Shown: positions 38,201-47,509 of the stretch, piece after piece
How the letters are laid out: each line of letters opens with the position of its first letter
Numbering within the stretch: the stretch's first letter is position 1
Source: Acidobacteriota bacterium
Lineage (GTDB): Bacteria; Acidobacteriota; UBA6911; RPQK01; JADFOI01
DNA: 64,000 bases
Assembly (NCBI GenBank): GCA_963663035.1
Contig: OY760074.1
Span: 1,088,001 to 1,152,000 of the forward strand
Direction: 5' to 3'
Made by a program: the position numbers and the translations under genes
The notes under the pieces: generated by a model
Told to the model about the DNA's origin: nothing
Seen by the model: only the letters and a program-made list of their open reading frames with translations
Databases searched by the model: none

Positions 38201-38479
38201 CTGGATTCCAGTTCTGACGGCGGTCTGAAAGCCGGGTAGGGAAGCCTCTATTTCGTAATTTCCCAAACTCACATCGAGCGCAATGTAACTTCCCTCATCA
38301 TTGCTCAACACTGACCGGCTTATTCCGGTGTCCAGATTGGTCACGGTAACTTCAACACCGGGAAGGAGTGCCCCGGTCTCATCGGCGATCGTTCCCGAGA
38401 TGGTGGCACGTGTCTGTGCCCAGGCCATACTCGAAGCCAGAAGCAATACAGCTACGAAAATAAAGTTTCTTTTCCACAT
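35222..38479 (-). CDS. TonB-dependent receptor, Oar-like, with N-terminal carboxypeptidase-regulatory-like domain (TBDR1; start at MWKRNF)
   Basis: 'ISGTIADETGALLPGVEVTVTN', 'LPLNGRSF', 'TKSGTN', 'NIGPRIGFAWD', 'RGEFFN', C-terminal 'QLGLKLIF'. Confidence 0.93.
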   Translation of the reverse strand: MWKRNFIFVAVLLLASSMAWAQTRATISGTIADETGALLPGVEVTVTNLDTGISRSVLSNDEGSYIALDVSLGNYEIEASLPGFQTAVRTGIQLTLGREAVVQMILRVGEIAERVTVTGEAPLVETTQSVLADLVEQRTITELPLNGRSFTDLALLQAGAMVRNGHRNTNFNPISGGGTRASIGGARPKQNAYILDGQNAKDAFGNTPGSAAGTVLGVETVREFSVLTNAYSAEFAGAGGVISAVTKSGTNNIHGSVFWFHRNDNLDAVDYNAKIANAEQPEFRRHQFGFTVGGPIVTDQTFFFGSYEGLRQVLGRSRTVRTLSNAARNETIIVDEGRIYPIADAVRPYLALYDVPNGIDLGDGTADFNFATSDPTRENYFLAKVDHTFSDTDSIDVRYSVDDAVAELYYSGGDVARWERHPDTRRQLFNTTWRRILSPSLFNSASASFNRSFGGLPNNQKNEGISALNFLPDRLFGQISGNTVSRIGTDAAGGGDRLSILNLFEYADTVSYTVGRHSIKFGGKVSRTHLNGLSGSRLHGRMAFRGLERFLDADPTRFEFLNPVGAGSSIRGYRQTMVSTFIQDDFKLRPGLTLNGGVRWEVLNVPTEVGNRIANVKNELTDIDPYIPDQAAGEPWFENTSWTNIGPRIGFAWDPLGTGETSIRSGYGIFFQPHTSANWWLQGYQNMPFFKRFVLYPADLADPTGFFPNAYTNFLNEGLDEELAGTMAPMEFSGPTPYLMQFHFTIQHQLTSDSVFSVSYAGNRGTKLGRLKSTNSHTFATCPCADDPNTAGFDESTLASGMKYWPLASSAAYPDGGEFINPNFIDMEYRNWDGNSWYNSLQTRFSKRFGGGYSLQANYTFSRNLDFTSGIAGGDVGGSAAATQDPFDQVRSKGLSGFHVKHNFTTNFTADIPTGQISGPALHFLGGWSVGGIVTASSGSARNITASGSLDQAQIGVSRGTEQAPDLIPGKDHNPVLDGWEQSRFYWSSDSFERQQAGTLGNLGRNVGVGPGYFNVDFSLKRDFALAEETRIQFRGEFFNMMNRVNFGNPSGSILTGSGRISSSFGRVSGGASARQVQLGLKLIF

Positions 38480-38674
38480 TGTTGTTAGCCCCCTTGATTT
38501 GACTGATGAATTGAGTGAGAAATGATTGATAAGTTTAGACATTTAATAAGTTTAAATATTCCTTCCAGTATCGAATAATCATAAGCACGAAATCAGAAAC
38601 TCTCAAATAACTTCTTGAAAAGTCAAGCTGCAATCTTAATCAATGTGCAACTCTAACCTGCTCAGCTTAACCCT

Positions 38675-38690
38675 TGCAATTCACTTGCCA
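38675..38690 (-). promoter_or_regulatory. Sigma-54 (-24/-12) promoter of TBDR1
   Basis: TGGCAAGTGAATTGCA against consensus TGGCACG-N4-TTGCW. Identical at 44393-44408. Confidence 0.75.
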
Positions 38691-38762
38691 TAGGGTAGAG
38701 TCACTCTATCCTGCATTGAATATGAACGAAACACACTACCTATAGATATCTCAACCGGCTGT

Positions 38763-38806
38763 GATCCAATAAATTGGATCCACCAATCTAATTTTTTGGA
38801 TTTTCC
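38763..38806. promoter_or_regulatory. Candidate enhancer (bEBP-binding) palindromes
   Basis: GATCCAAT-AA-ATTGGATC plus a second CCA…TTTTTTGGA box, about 75-115 bp upstream of the sigma-54 site. Conserved at 44481-44523. Confidence 0.5.
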
Positions 38807-38825
38807 CTTAGTGGGGGGTAGGGAA

Positions 38826-38853
38826 AGCCGCCAGGTTAGCACACCTGGCGGCT
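38826..38853 (-). terminator. Hairpin downstream of amidohydrolase P4
   Basis: AGCCGCCAGGT-N6-ACCTGGCGGCT, an 11-bp stem. Confidence 0.55.
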
Positions 38854-38862
38854 CCAGAAACT

Positions 38863-40809
38863 TTAGTTGTCTGCCTCTGCCAGGTATCGAGCGGTCACGT
38901 CCTCATCTGAAAAGTCGTAGACAGGTCCCACCTGGTCAATCCCAAACTGGCTGGCCAGGGATTCCTGTACCTGGACGATCTTTCCGCCCAACATGGTCAT
39001 GGGAGTGCGGACTTTCAAGATGTCATTCACCGGAACGGTAAAGTAGTCACGATCCAACACAATCACATCAGCGAGCTTGCCCTCTTCCAGTGTGCCGATC
39101 ATGTCCTCCTTCAGGACATACTCCGCTGCCCAGGAGGTCCACATCTTCATGGCATGGACTCGGTCAATGCGCTGTTCAGGCTGCCAGACCACGCCTCGGA
39201 ACTGGCGAGTCACCGCCCGCCACAGCTGGCCCATGGGTGGTGTGCCTCCATAACTTTGTCCGACCAGCTTGACACCCGAGTCAATCCAGGTCTTGAAGGG
39301 CAGGATAAAGGGCTGGATTTGTTCGCCGTAGTCTCGAATCCAGGCCGCGGAATCGCCGATGTAGCCGGGGCTGCAGCTCAAGATGATGCCGTAATCCTTC
39401 AAACCTTGAATGATCTCGGGTTGCTGTCCGATCACATTGCAGTGCTCGCCTGTCATTCTCATGTCACGCACCTGCTGCATCGTCCAGCCGTTGACTTCGC
39501 GGGCTTCATCGACCATCTGGAAGAAAGCTCGTGCACTTTGGCTGCCGCAGATGTGCACTCCCGCCAGCCGCCAGCCGGCGGCAGCGGCGTTTTCCAGTGT
39601 GTCCCAGGGCAGTTCCCCGGGTACCGGGCAGACTTCTCGAGCCTTGATGTTGGCTGGAGCGATGGTATCGGGTCCGGTGCACGATTCCGGGTAAATGGAA
39701 TCCCACCGCTCCGAGGCCACGCCGTCAATCCACAGGTAATCGTCTCCAATGCCCTGCAGCACACCTGTTCTGCGATAAATCTGACGGGTTTGCTGGGGAT
39801 CGGTGGGCATGCGATGGATCTCGTAGTGGGCAGCGAATCGAATCGGCATCTGACCGATACCGGCCAGGGTGGCATACCCGCTCATGATCTTGGGGAACTG
39901 AACCCGGCTGGAAAAGGTGGTCATTCCTTTGGTGGTGGCCTCTTCCGAGATGATCCGGATGGCCTCGGCCAGAGTGGCCAGAGGCACCTTTTCCAGAAAA
40001 AGCTCCCAGGTGATGACGGACATCTCCTGGCTGCCTACCCAGCCGATTTCGGCAATGTCCTCTCCAATGACGTCCCCGTGCATGGTTTCATGGATGGATT
40101 CTGAATATCCCGGGAAAAACTCATCCAGGATCTCCAGGGCCTTGGAGTTGATGTTGCCCCTGATCCCGGGTCTCATCAGCACCGGGTTGTCGGGTGACCA
40201 TTGATCGAGGGTCCTGCGGTTGGTCAAGCGTCGGGTCATGCCCCACAGGGTAAGATTCGACATATTATCGTCGGGATGACGCTGCATGGAAAGCACGATC
40301 CAGTCACCGGGATCCACCTCCTTGACCGCGTCCTGGAGGGCATCGCGCAGAATGCCCTGGGTTAGTTCCAGGTCGGTGGGATGTGCCTGGGCCGAGGTAA
40401 AATAAACTCCTTCGGGGGGATACTTGAAGCCCAACCGATCCAGGTGCTGTACGGCAGCGCCGTACATGTGGCTGTGGGGCTCAATAATGCCAGGCATCGC
40501 GGTCTTGCCCCTCAAATCCAAAATGACGGTGTCGGGTCCTGCCACGGCTCTCACCTGGGCGCTGGTTCCCAGCTTCATGATCTTTTCGCCTTTGACGGCC
40601 ATGGCCTCATAGACAGTCCCCACACTGGTTGAGCGGGAGACATCGTCCATGCTCACCACCTTGCCATTGACAAAGATGGTGTCGGCATAGCCGTGCTGGG
40701 CCACTTCGGGGGCCAGCTGAGCCTGCGCATCGATGACCTGGAGCAGGAAGAGTGTGCTGAAGGCCAGGATCAAGACAAGGATAGAATGAACTCGTGGATC
40801 GGTTTTCAT
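38863..40809 (-). CDS. Exported amidohydrolase, paralog P4
   Basis: 'EPHSH', 'GVHICGS', 'GEHC', signal peptide. Lies between the two TBDR genes. Confidence 0.9.
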   Translation of the reverse strand: MKTDPRVHSILVLILAFSTLFLLQVIDAQAQLAPEVAQHGYADTIFVNGKVVSMDDVSRSTSVGTVYEAMAVKGEKIMKLGTSAQVRAVAGPDTVILDLRGKTAMPGIIEPHSHMYGAAVQHLDRLGFKYPPEGVYFTSAQAHPTDLELTQGILRDALQDAVKEVDPGDWIVLSMQRHPDDNMSNLTLWGMTRRLTNRRTLDQWSPDNPVLMRPGIRGNINSKALEILDEFFPGYSESIHETMHGDVIGEDIAEIGWVGSQEMSVITWELFLEKVPLATLAEAIRIISEEATTKGMTTFSSRVQFPKIMSGYATLAGIGQMPIRFAAHYEIHRMPTDPQQTRQIYRRTGVLQGIGDDYLWIDGVASERWDSIYPESCTGPDTIAPANIKAREVCPVPGELPWDTLENAAAAGWRLAGVHICGSQSARAFFQMVDEAREVNGWTMQQVRDMRMTGEHCNVIGQQPEIIQGLKDYGIILSCSPGYIGDSAAWIRDYGEQIQPFILPFKTWIDSGVKLVGQSYGGTPPMGQLWRAVTRQFRGVVWQPEQRIDRVHAMKMWTSWAAEYVLKEDMIGTLEEGKLADVIVLDRDYFTVPVNDILKVRTPMTMLGGKIVQVQESLASQFGIDQVGPVYDFSDEDVTARYLAEADN

Positions 40810-40826
40810 GCGGTCCTCCCTAAGTA

Positions 40827-40864
40827 GAAGACGCTGCTCCGAGGGCTCTCAGAGCAGCGTCTTC
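40827..40864 (-). terminator. Intercistronic hairpin between TBDR2 and P4
   Basis: GAAGACGCTGCTC…GAGCAGCGTCTTC, a 13-bp perfect stem just upstream of the P4 RBS, with no U-tract. Confidence 0.55.
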
Positions 40865-40905
40865 GAGTTGTTAACTAGCAGTCGTCGTTCTTCTTCTCAG
40901 CGACC

Positions 40906-43900
40906 CTAAAAGATAATCTTGAGACCAAACTGGACTTGGCGGGCGGAGGCGCCGCCGCTGACTCGGCCAAAGCTCCCGGAAATCCGTCCACTTCCGCTGA
41001 GGATGCCCCCGCTGGGGTTACCAAAATTGACGCGATTGAGCATGTTGAAGAACTCGGCTCGGAATTGGAGGCGGGTCTCCTCGGCCAGGGAAAAGTCCCT
41101 CTTCAGGGAAAAGTCCACATTAAAGTAGGCGGGACCGACCCCCACGTTTCTGCCCAGATTGCCGAATGTGCCTTCCTCTTGTAGTTCATAGGAGTCGCTG
41201 GTCCAATAGAATCTGCTACTTTCCCAGTTGTCCTGCACGGGATTGTGATTCGCTCCCGGAACCAGATTGGGAACTTGCTCGGAGCCTCGGGAGGTGCCTA
41301 GCTGCGCCTGGTCGAGGCTGCCGCTGGCGGTGATTTGCCTGGCACTCCCGCTTGTGGCCGTAATAATACCGCCCACCGACCAGTCGCCCAGGAGATGGTG
41401 AGCTGGTCCTGACAAGTCGCCGGTAGGAATTTCAGCCGTGAAGTTGGTGGTGAAGTTGTTTTTCACATGAAATCCGGACAGACCCTTGCTGCGAACCTGG
41501 TCAAAGGGGTCCATGGTGGCAGCGCCAGAACCGCCCACATCACCTCCTGCAATACCCGAAGCCATGTCGAGATTCCTGGCAAAGGTATAGTTGGCCTGGA
41601 CTTGATATCCCCCGCTGAACCGCTTGCTGAAGCGCAGCTGAAGGGAGTTGTAGGAGCTATTGGTATCCCACTGTCTGGTTTCCATATCGATGAAGTTGGG
41701 ATTGAGAAACGCTCCACCGTCCGGATAGGCCGCACTGGGATCGAGTGGAAAATACTTCATTCCAGAGTCCAGAGTGGACTCGTCGAAGCCAGCCGTATTG
41801 GGGTCATCGACGCAGGGGCAAGTTGCAAAGGTATGGACGTTGGCATTCTTCAGTCGCCCCAGCTTCCTGCCCTGATTGGCTGCGTAGCTGATGGAAAAGA
41901 CGGAGTCGCTGCTCAGCTGGTGCTGGATGGTGAGATGGAACTGCATCAGATAGGGTGTACGCGCGTCAAACTGCATGGGACTCATGGTGGCCGACACATT
42001 TCCCCCGGATAACTCGGCTAGAAATAAATTAACCGCATTGGGGAAGAAACCGGTTGGGTCGGCGTGATCTCTAGGCAGCGTCACAACCCTCTCGAAAAAG
42101 GGCCTGTTCTGGTAGCCCATGATCCACCAGTTGGCACTGGTATGGGGCTGGTAGAAGATCCCATATCCTGAGCGAACAGAAGTTTGGCCTGCTCCGAATG
42201 GATCCCAGGCAATACCAATGCGAGGACCGATGTTGGTCCAGGAGTGGTTTTCAAACCAGGGCTCTCCGGCAGCCTGGTCGGGAATATAAGGGGTGACGTC
42301 GCGGAGCGCATCACGGATGTTGGCGATCCGATTCCCAACTTCTGTGGGTGTGTTCAAAACCTCCCAGCGCAGGCCCCCATTCAGGGTCAGACCCGGCCTG
42401 AGCTTGAAGTTGTCCTGAACAAAGGTGCTCACCATGGTTTGCCGGTATCCCCGCATGGCAGTTCCATCCCCCAAGGGGTTCAGGAACTCGGCACGGAAGG
42501 GATCGTTGGTCAGAAACCGTTCCAGTCCTCGAAAGACGATTCGGCCATGAAGCCTCGAACCGGAGAGCCCGTTGAGGTTGGTGCGCGAAACCTTTCCGCC
42601 AAACTTGAGCGAATGTCGACCGAATGTGTAGGTCACTGTGTCGGCGTACTCGAAGAGATTCAAGATGGAAAGGCGGTCTCCTCCGCCTGAAGCGTCGGTT
42701 CCAAGGTTCGAGGCACCCGCACCGGTAATCTGACCAAACTTCCGATCATCTATGAAGCCTAAGGGGGCGGTCAGGCTCTCTCCAATAGACTGAACATTGG
42801 GCAATCCCCCAAAGGAGCGGTTGAAGGACACACTGGCGGCATTAAACAGGTTGGGTGAGATGATCTTGCGCCAGGTGCTGTTAAAGAGCTGGCGGCGGGT
42901 ATCAGGATGCCGCTCGAACCGAACAAGGTCCGTCCCTGAATAGTACAGCTCTGCTATTGCATCGTCGAGAGAATAACGAAAGTCTATCGAGTCCGATTCC
43001 GAAATGGTGTGATCAAACTTGACCAGAAAGTAATTTTCCCGGGTGGGCTCGGAGGTCGAGAAATTATACTCGGCTTCCCCATCACCGAAATCAAATCCAT
43101 TGGCCCGATCATAGAGGGCCAGATAGGGTACCATGGCAGGGTCAATGGCCCCGAAAAGGCCGGCCCGCGCATCATCGCTGAAAACGTTCCGCACTCGCCG
43201 CCTGCCCAGTATCTCCCGAAGGCCTTCGTAGCTTCCGAACACGAAGGTTTGATCCTCCACGATGGGGCCGCCAACGGTGAATCCGAACTGGTGGCGCCTG
43301 AACTCGGGTTGTTCTGCACCGGTTACAATCTTGGTGTTGTAATCGACAGCATCCAGGTTGTCGTTTCGGTGAAACCAGAATATGGAACCATGAAGACTAT
43401 TGGTCCCCGATTTGGTGACGGCATTGACAACGCCGCCCGCTCCCTGGTACTCAGCACTGTAGGCATTGACGAGGACTGAGAATTCGCGGACTGTCTCCAC
43501 TCCAAGAACCGTCCTGGCGGCACTGCCCGGTGTGTTTCCAAAGGCGTCCTTGGAGTCCTGGCCGTCCAGGACATAGGCGTTCTGTTTGGGACGCGCGCCC
43601 CCAATCGAGGTTCGAGTTCCTCCTCCTGAAATGGGACTGAAATTCGAGTTCCGGTGGCCGTTGCGGACCATGGCTCCCGCCTGCAGAAGTGCCAGCTCGG
43701 TGAAGCTGCGCCCATTCAAGGGCAGCTCGGTAATGGTCCTTTGCTCGACCAGATCGGCCAGCACGGACTGGGTCGTCTCCACCAGTGGAGCCTCGCCCGT
43801 GACCGTCACTCTCTCGGTGATCTCTCCGACACTAAGGGTGAAATCGACGATCGCTGCTCTTCCCAGCGTCAGCTGAATCCCGCTTCTGACGGAAGTCTGA

Positions 43901-44154
43901 AAGCCGGGCAGGGCAGCCTCTATCTGGTAATTTCCCAAGCTCAGATCAGGCGCAAAGTAGCGTCCCTCATCATTGCTCACCGTTGACCGGCTAATTCCGG
44001 TGTCTGTATTGGTTACGGTAATTTCAACACCGGGGATGAGTGCCCCGGTCTCATCGGTGACTGCTCCTGCGATGGTGGCACGTGTTATCTGTGCCCAGGC
44101 TGCACTCGAAGCCAGAAGCAATACAGTCGCGAAAATAAGGTTCTTTCTCCACAT
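40906..44154 (-). CDS. TonB-dependent receptor, Oar-like (TBDR2), close paralog of TBDR1
   Basis: Same motifs as TBDR1 with long identical stretches, and RBS AGGAGG. Confidence 0.93.
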   Translation of the reverse strand: MWRKNLIFATVLLLASSAAWAQITRATIAGAVTDETGALIPGVEITVTNTDTGISRSTVSNDEGRYFAPDLSLGNYQIEAALPGFQTSVRSGIQLTLGRAAIVDFTLSVGEITERVTVTGEAPLVETTQSVLADLVEQRTITELPLNGRSFTELALLQAGAMVRNGHRNSNFSPISGGGTRTSIGGARPKQNAYVLDGQDSKDAFGNTPGSAARTVLGVETVREFSVLVNAYSAEYQGAGGVVNAVTKSGTNSLHGSIFWFHRNDNLDAVDYNTKIVTGAEQPEFRRHQFGFTVGGPIVEDQTFVFGSYEGLREILGRRRVRNVFSDDARAGLFGAIDPAMVPYLALYDRANGFDFGDGEAEYNFSTSEPTRENYFLVKFDHTISESDSIDFRYSLDDAIAELYYSGTDLVRFERHPDTRRQLFNSTWRKIISPNLFNAASVSFNRSFGGLPNVQSIGESLTAPLGFIDDRKFGQITGAGASNLGTDASGGGDRLSILNLFEYADTVTYTFGRHSLKFGGKVSRTNLNGLSGSRLHGRIVFRGLERFLTNDPFRAEFLNPLGDGTAMRGYRQTMVSTFVQDNFKLRPGLTLNGGLRWEVLNTPTEVGNRIANIRDALRDVTPYIPDQAAGEPWFENHSWTNIGPRIGIAWDPFGAGQTSVRSGYGIFYQPHTSANWWIMGYQNRPFFERVVTLPRDHADPTGFFPNAVNLFLAELSGGNVSATMSPMQFDARTPYLMQFHLTIQHQLSSDSVFSISYAANQGRKLGRLKNANVHTFATCPCVDDPNTAGFDESTLDSGMKYFPLDPSAAYPDGGAFLNPNFIDMETRQWDTNSSYNSLQLRFSKRFSGGYQVQANYTFARNLDMASGIAGGDVGGSGAATMDPFDQVRSKGLSGFHVKNNFTTNFTAEIPTGDLSGPAHHLLGDWSVGGIITATSGSARQITASGSLDQAQLGTSRGSEQVPNLVPGANHNPVQDNWESSRFYWTSDSYELQEEGTFGNLGRNVGVGPAYFNVDFSLKRDFSLAEETRLQFRAEFFNMLNRVNFGNPSGGILSGSGRISGSFGRVSGGASARQVQFGLKIIF

Positions 44155-44392
44155 TGTTGTTAACCTCCTAAAAAAGAATATGAGTGATGAACTAAAAAAG
44201 TAATGCTTACAAAAACTATAAAATCCTCCCCGAAAATCCTATATCTCCAAGCTGTAATTTGGCGCAGTATACTATGAAGAATCACAAGCACCAAGCAGAA
44301 AACCGCAAATTACGATAAAAAATGCATAAAAAGCCAAAATGAAACTTAAACTCAAAACTCAACCTACAATTCCAGCTGTTAAGCAACCACTA

Positions 44393-44408
44393 TGCAATTC
44401 ACTTGCCA
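44393..44408 (-). promoter_or_regulatory. Sigma-54 promoter of TBDR2
   Basis: TGGCAAGTGAATTGCA, within a ~130-bp block (44393-44523) homologous to 38675-38806. Confidence 0.75.
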
Positions 44409-44546
44409 GAGGGCAGATTCACTCTATCCAGTACTTCATGTTGACGAAGTACACTACATATAGATTTCTCAACCGGCTGTGATTCAAAAAGTTGGATCTA
44501 TCCATTCAGTTTTTTGGATTTCCATATTCCGCTGATCGCTGCGATT

Positions 44547-44948
44547 CTAGTCGGATGCTCTGTCATTTTCGTGATCACTTTGGGAAGGCGGATTTTCTTT
44601 AGCCGGGAGAATGTCCGTCACCAGATCACGAATGAGCGGGCGTTTAGGAAGCGGGTCCACTGTGAGAGGTGCTTCACCCAAACGCGCCGTGCACAGGTAC
44701 GTGACTTTGCCATCCACCAGAGCGCTGCATTCCTTACAGGCATTGGCGTTGAGACAGCTGTAGCGCATTGAGACGCTCGAATCGACGTGCTGGCGAATCC
44801 AAATGAGTGCATCCAGCACGGACATACCCTCTTCCCAGGGAACTTCAAAGGTGTCATAGCGGGTGGAGTCCTCGGGTCCTCCGCGACGAACACGAATATG
44901 GGTCAGGGGCCGTCCTGGGCTTTCTTCTGGCTTTGAAATCGCCTTCAC
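44547..44948 (-). CDS. 2Fe-2S protein resembling the N-terminal domain of SdhB/FrdB
   Basis: 'GMSVLDALIWI', 'YSCLNANACKEC…YLC', 'PLIRDLVTD'. No 4Fe-4S/3Fe-4S domain. GTG overlaps the upstream TGA. Confidence 0.85.
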   Translation of the reverse strand: MKAISKPEESPGRPLTHIRVRRGGPEDSTRYDTFEVPWEEGMSVLDALIWIRQHVDSSVSMRYSCLNANACKECSALVDGKVTYLCTARLGEAPLTVDPLPKRPLIRDLVTDILPAKENPPSQSDHENDRASD

Positions 44949-46669
44949 GCCACTGTACCTTCAACGGGTGCTCTCACGATGGGCTCGCTTCGGATCGTCA
45001 GAACATCTCCCTCAAGAGCCAGTACCTGGTTCTTTTCCCAGTTTGGATCCTGATCTGGAAAATCTTCTCGCTGATGGGCGCCACGGCTTTCCCGGCGTGA
45101 CAAAGCGGATAAAGCGACCATCTCTGCTGTATCCAGCATCTTCCGAAGTTCGAGCCAATCCTGCAGGTCCATATTAAACGGCTGGTTGGGAGAAATGTGC
45201 ATACCGGGAAGGGTCTCTCGACGCCACTCCCGGATTTGCTCCAGGGCCGAACAGAGTTTCTCTTCGCTCCGGAAAGGTCCGACTTTCTCGCTCATCAACC
45301 GTTGTAATTCTGCCTGGAGAGCGACTGGAGCAGGAGCTTCTGCGGGTCCGCTGTTTTGAGTGGTGCTTTCCAATCGCCTGCTTGTATCCTGCACCAGACT
45401 CTGCCACTTCTTGACTCCAAGGTTGGCCTTTTTCTGTTTTTTCAAAGCCACTTGGGTTGCCATTCTTCCAGCTGTTTCTCCAAAAACCAGGGCCTCGGTA
45501 ATGGCGTTGCCGGAAAGCCGGTTGGCTCCGTTGGCCCCTCCCACCACCTCACCTGCGGCGAAAAGCCCGGAGATCCGGGTTTCCAGTGATCCGTTCACTC
45601 GCAGGCCTCCCATCTGATAGTGGGCCATGGGGGCAACTTCAACGGGCATCTTGGTCAGATCAATACCGTTTTCCAGCAGCCGGTCAATGACCGGTCCGAA
45701 AGACTCTCTGAGACGACTCTCCGGGACGTGGCGGAAATCAAGATAGCAGCCCCCATGGGGAGAACCTCTTCCTGCCTCCACCTCTTTCAGGATGGCGTAG
45801 GAAGCAACATCGCGGGCGACCCTGTATTGTCCCCCGTCTTCGCTGCCATAGCGCTCAATGAACTCCTCGAATTTCCCGTTGAGAAGCCGGCCGCCCAGTT
45901 TGTAGCGGAAGGGATCCCACATGATGGGATCCATCCCGACCAGGCGTGGTGCCAGATGAGCAATGGGGAAGAATTGTACGAATTCCATATCCACCAGCTC
46001 CGCCCCAACCCGCAGAGCCAATCCGTAGCCGTCACCGCCCATGTTGGTGGAGCCGCTGTTGCGAGCGTATAACTTCGACAAACCTCCGGCAGCTAAAATC
46101 ACCGCTCCGCTCCTGAACGAAACCCATTCACCGCTGACCACATTGATGCCCAGGACGCCCATCACGCGACCATCGTCGACGATAATCTCGACGATGGTCA
46201 GACTACTGATGGCCTTTATCTCTGGTACTTTTTTCACCTGCCTTCGCAAGGTGCTGGCCAAAGCAGGACCCGTGTTGAGATAATCCACGTAAACGCAACG
46301 CTTCTTGCTGTGGCCGGGAGCAGTGACCTGTCTGAGATGGCCCTCTTCCTGGGCCCACCCGATTTTCCAGCCGTCCAACTCCATAATTCGCGCCGGACCC
46401 TCACGACAGAGCAGGCCGGTCAGTTCCTCGTTGCACAGTCCACGGCCAGCTTCGACCGTATCAGCGAAATGCCTTGTCCACTCATCCGGTTCTTGATGCC
46501 CGATGGCTGCTGCGACGGTCATCTGAGCCATAATTGTGGCTCCACCCCGTCCCACCATACTTTTGTCGATGAGTATCACCGAAGCCCCTTCGCGTGCAGC
46601 AGCAACGGCCCCATACATGCCGGCACCTCCCGCTCCCACGATCACAACGTCGGCTGTGAGCTCAATCAT
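44945..46669 (-). CDS. SdhA/FrdA/NadB-family FAD-binding oxidoreductase
   Basis: 'IVGAGGAG', 'DMEFVQF', 'HYQMGG', 'GLFAAGE', 'GANRLSGNAI', 'RRESRGAHQREDFP'. Confidence 0.9.
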   Translation of the reverse strand: MIELTADVVIVGAGGAGMYGAVAAAREGASVILIDKSMVGRGGATIMAQMTVAAAIGHQEPDEWTRHFADTVEAGRGLCNEELTGLLCREGPARIMELDGWKIGWAQEEGHLRQVTAPGHSKKRCVYVDYLNTGPALASTLRRQVKKVPEIKAISSLTIVEIIVDDGRVMGVLGINVVSGEWVSFRSGAVILAAGGLSKLYARNSGSTNMGGDGYGLALRVGAELVDMEFVQFFPIAHLAPRLVGMDPIMWDPFRYKLGGRLLNGKFEEFIERYGSEDGGQYRVARDVASYAILKEVEAGRGSPHGGCYLDFRHVPESRLRESFGPVIDRLLENGIDLTKMPVEVAPMAHYQMGGLRVNGSLETRISGLFAAGEVVGGANGANRLSGNAITEALVFGETAGRMATQVALKKQKKANLGVKKWQSLVQDTSRRLESTTQNSGPAEAPAPVALQAELQRLMSEKVGPFRSEEKLCSALEQIREWRRETLPGMHISPNQPFNMDLQDWLELRKMLDTAEMVALSALSRRESRGAHQREDFPDQDPNWEKNQVLALEGDVLTIRSEPIVRAPVEGTVA

Positions 46670-47484
46670 GTTTCATCTCTTCCCAGAAGTCCTTCATAAG
46701 TTTCCCACCAGCGCAGGAACTCGGCCAGGCGATCGACCATGTAGTCATGATATTTCTTTCCCTTTTCCTGGGAAGCCCCCAAGTTGGAGGAGAACTGGCC
46801 CGTCGGGGCCATCTGCCTTTGCTCGGCCGAGGTCCAGGGTTGTTCGATGAAGTCGCGGTTTCCTGTCCCGAAAAGATCATCATTACCAAAGGGCCCAAAG
46901 ACTTCAGCAAAATCGCAATGAGCATCCGAGAGTTTCTCAGCTTTGATCGTATGAGGAAACTTGTAGTAGGTCTGGGATATTTCCAGTTCGCCGGCATGGT
47001 GTTCGTTGGCCTCCTTAATTTGGGAAGCGATCCCCCGAGCTAAATAGGCCGGATCGGCCACCGCCGTCAGAACCCCTGGAAACTGATACTCGCGAATGTT
47101 TCGAGCGGCGGCCGTGAGCGCTGCCAGGTTGGTCATTTTGTGACCGTTGAGAAGTAAAATCTTCTTGAAGCCATGTTTGGCCAGCGAACTGATGATGTCA
47201 CAGACTACTTCTATAAGGGTCTGGGTCTTCAAGGAGATCGTTCCTGGGAAACTCAGGTGATGTGTGGAGTCACCGTACCAAAGGGGCGGGGCACTGAGCA
47301 CCCCAACTTTCCGCGCGGCATCCTCAGCCAGGGCAATGGCTACGTAGCTGTCGAGTCCAAGAGGGCCTGCCGGGCCGTGCTGCTCGGTGGCTCCGCAGGG
47401 AAGGATAATGATGTCCTTGTCTTTCAGGTAGTCCCTGACATCTTCCCAGGTCAATTCGTTCAACCAAATTGAACGCTGAGCCAT
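46666..47484 (-). CDS. Creatininase family amidohydrolase
   Basis: 'GATEQHGP..PLGLD', 'HHLSFPGTISL', 'LNGH', 'HAGELE'. Confidence 0.92.
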   Translation of the reverse strand: MAQRSIWLNELTWEDVRDYLKDKDIIILPCGATEQHGPAGPLGLDSYVAIALAEDAARKVGVLSAPPLWYGDSTHHLSFPGTISLKTQTLIEVVCDIISSLAKHGFKKILLLNGHKMTNLAALTAAARNIREYQFPGVLTAVADPAYLARGIASQIKEANEHHAGELEISQTYYKFPHTIKAEKLSDAHCDFAEVFGPFGNDDLFGTGNRDFIEQPWTSAEQRQMAPTGQFSSNLGASQEKGKKYHDYMVDRLAEFLRWWETYEGLLGRDET

Positions 47485-47509
47485 TCTTACTCGCTCCTTT
47501 CTTTACTAG

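Noticed and set aside
44547-46669. Calling these genes sdhA/sdhB
   Set aside because: The covalent-FAD His motif, the second Fe-S domain and the membrane anchors are missing.
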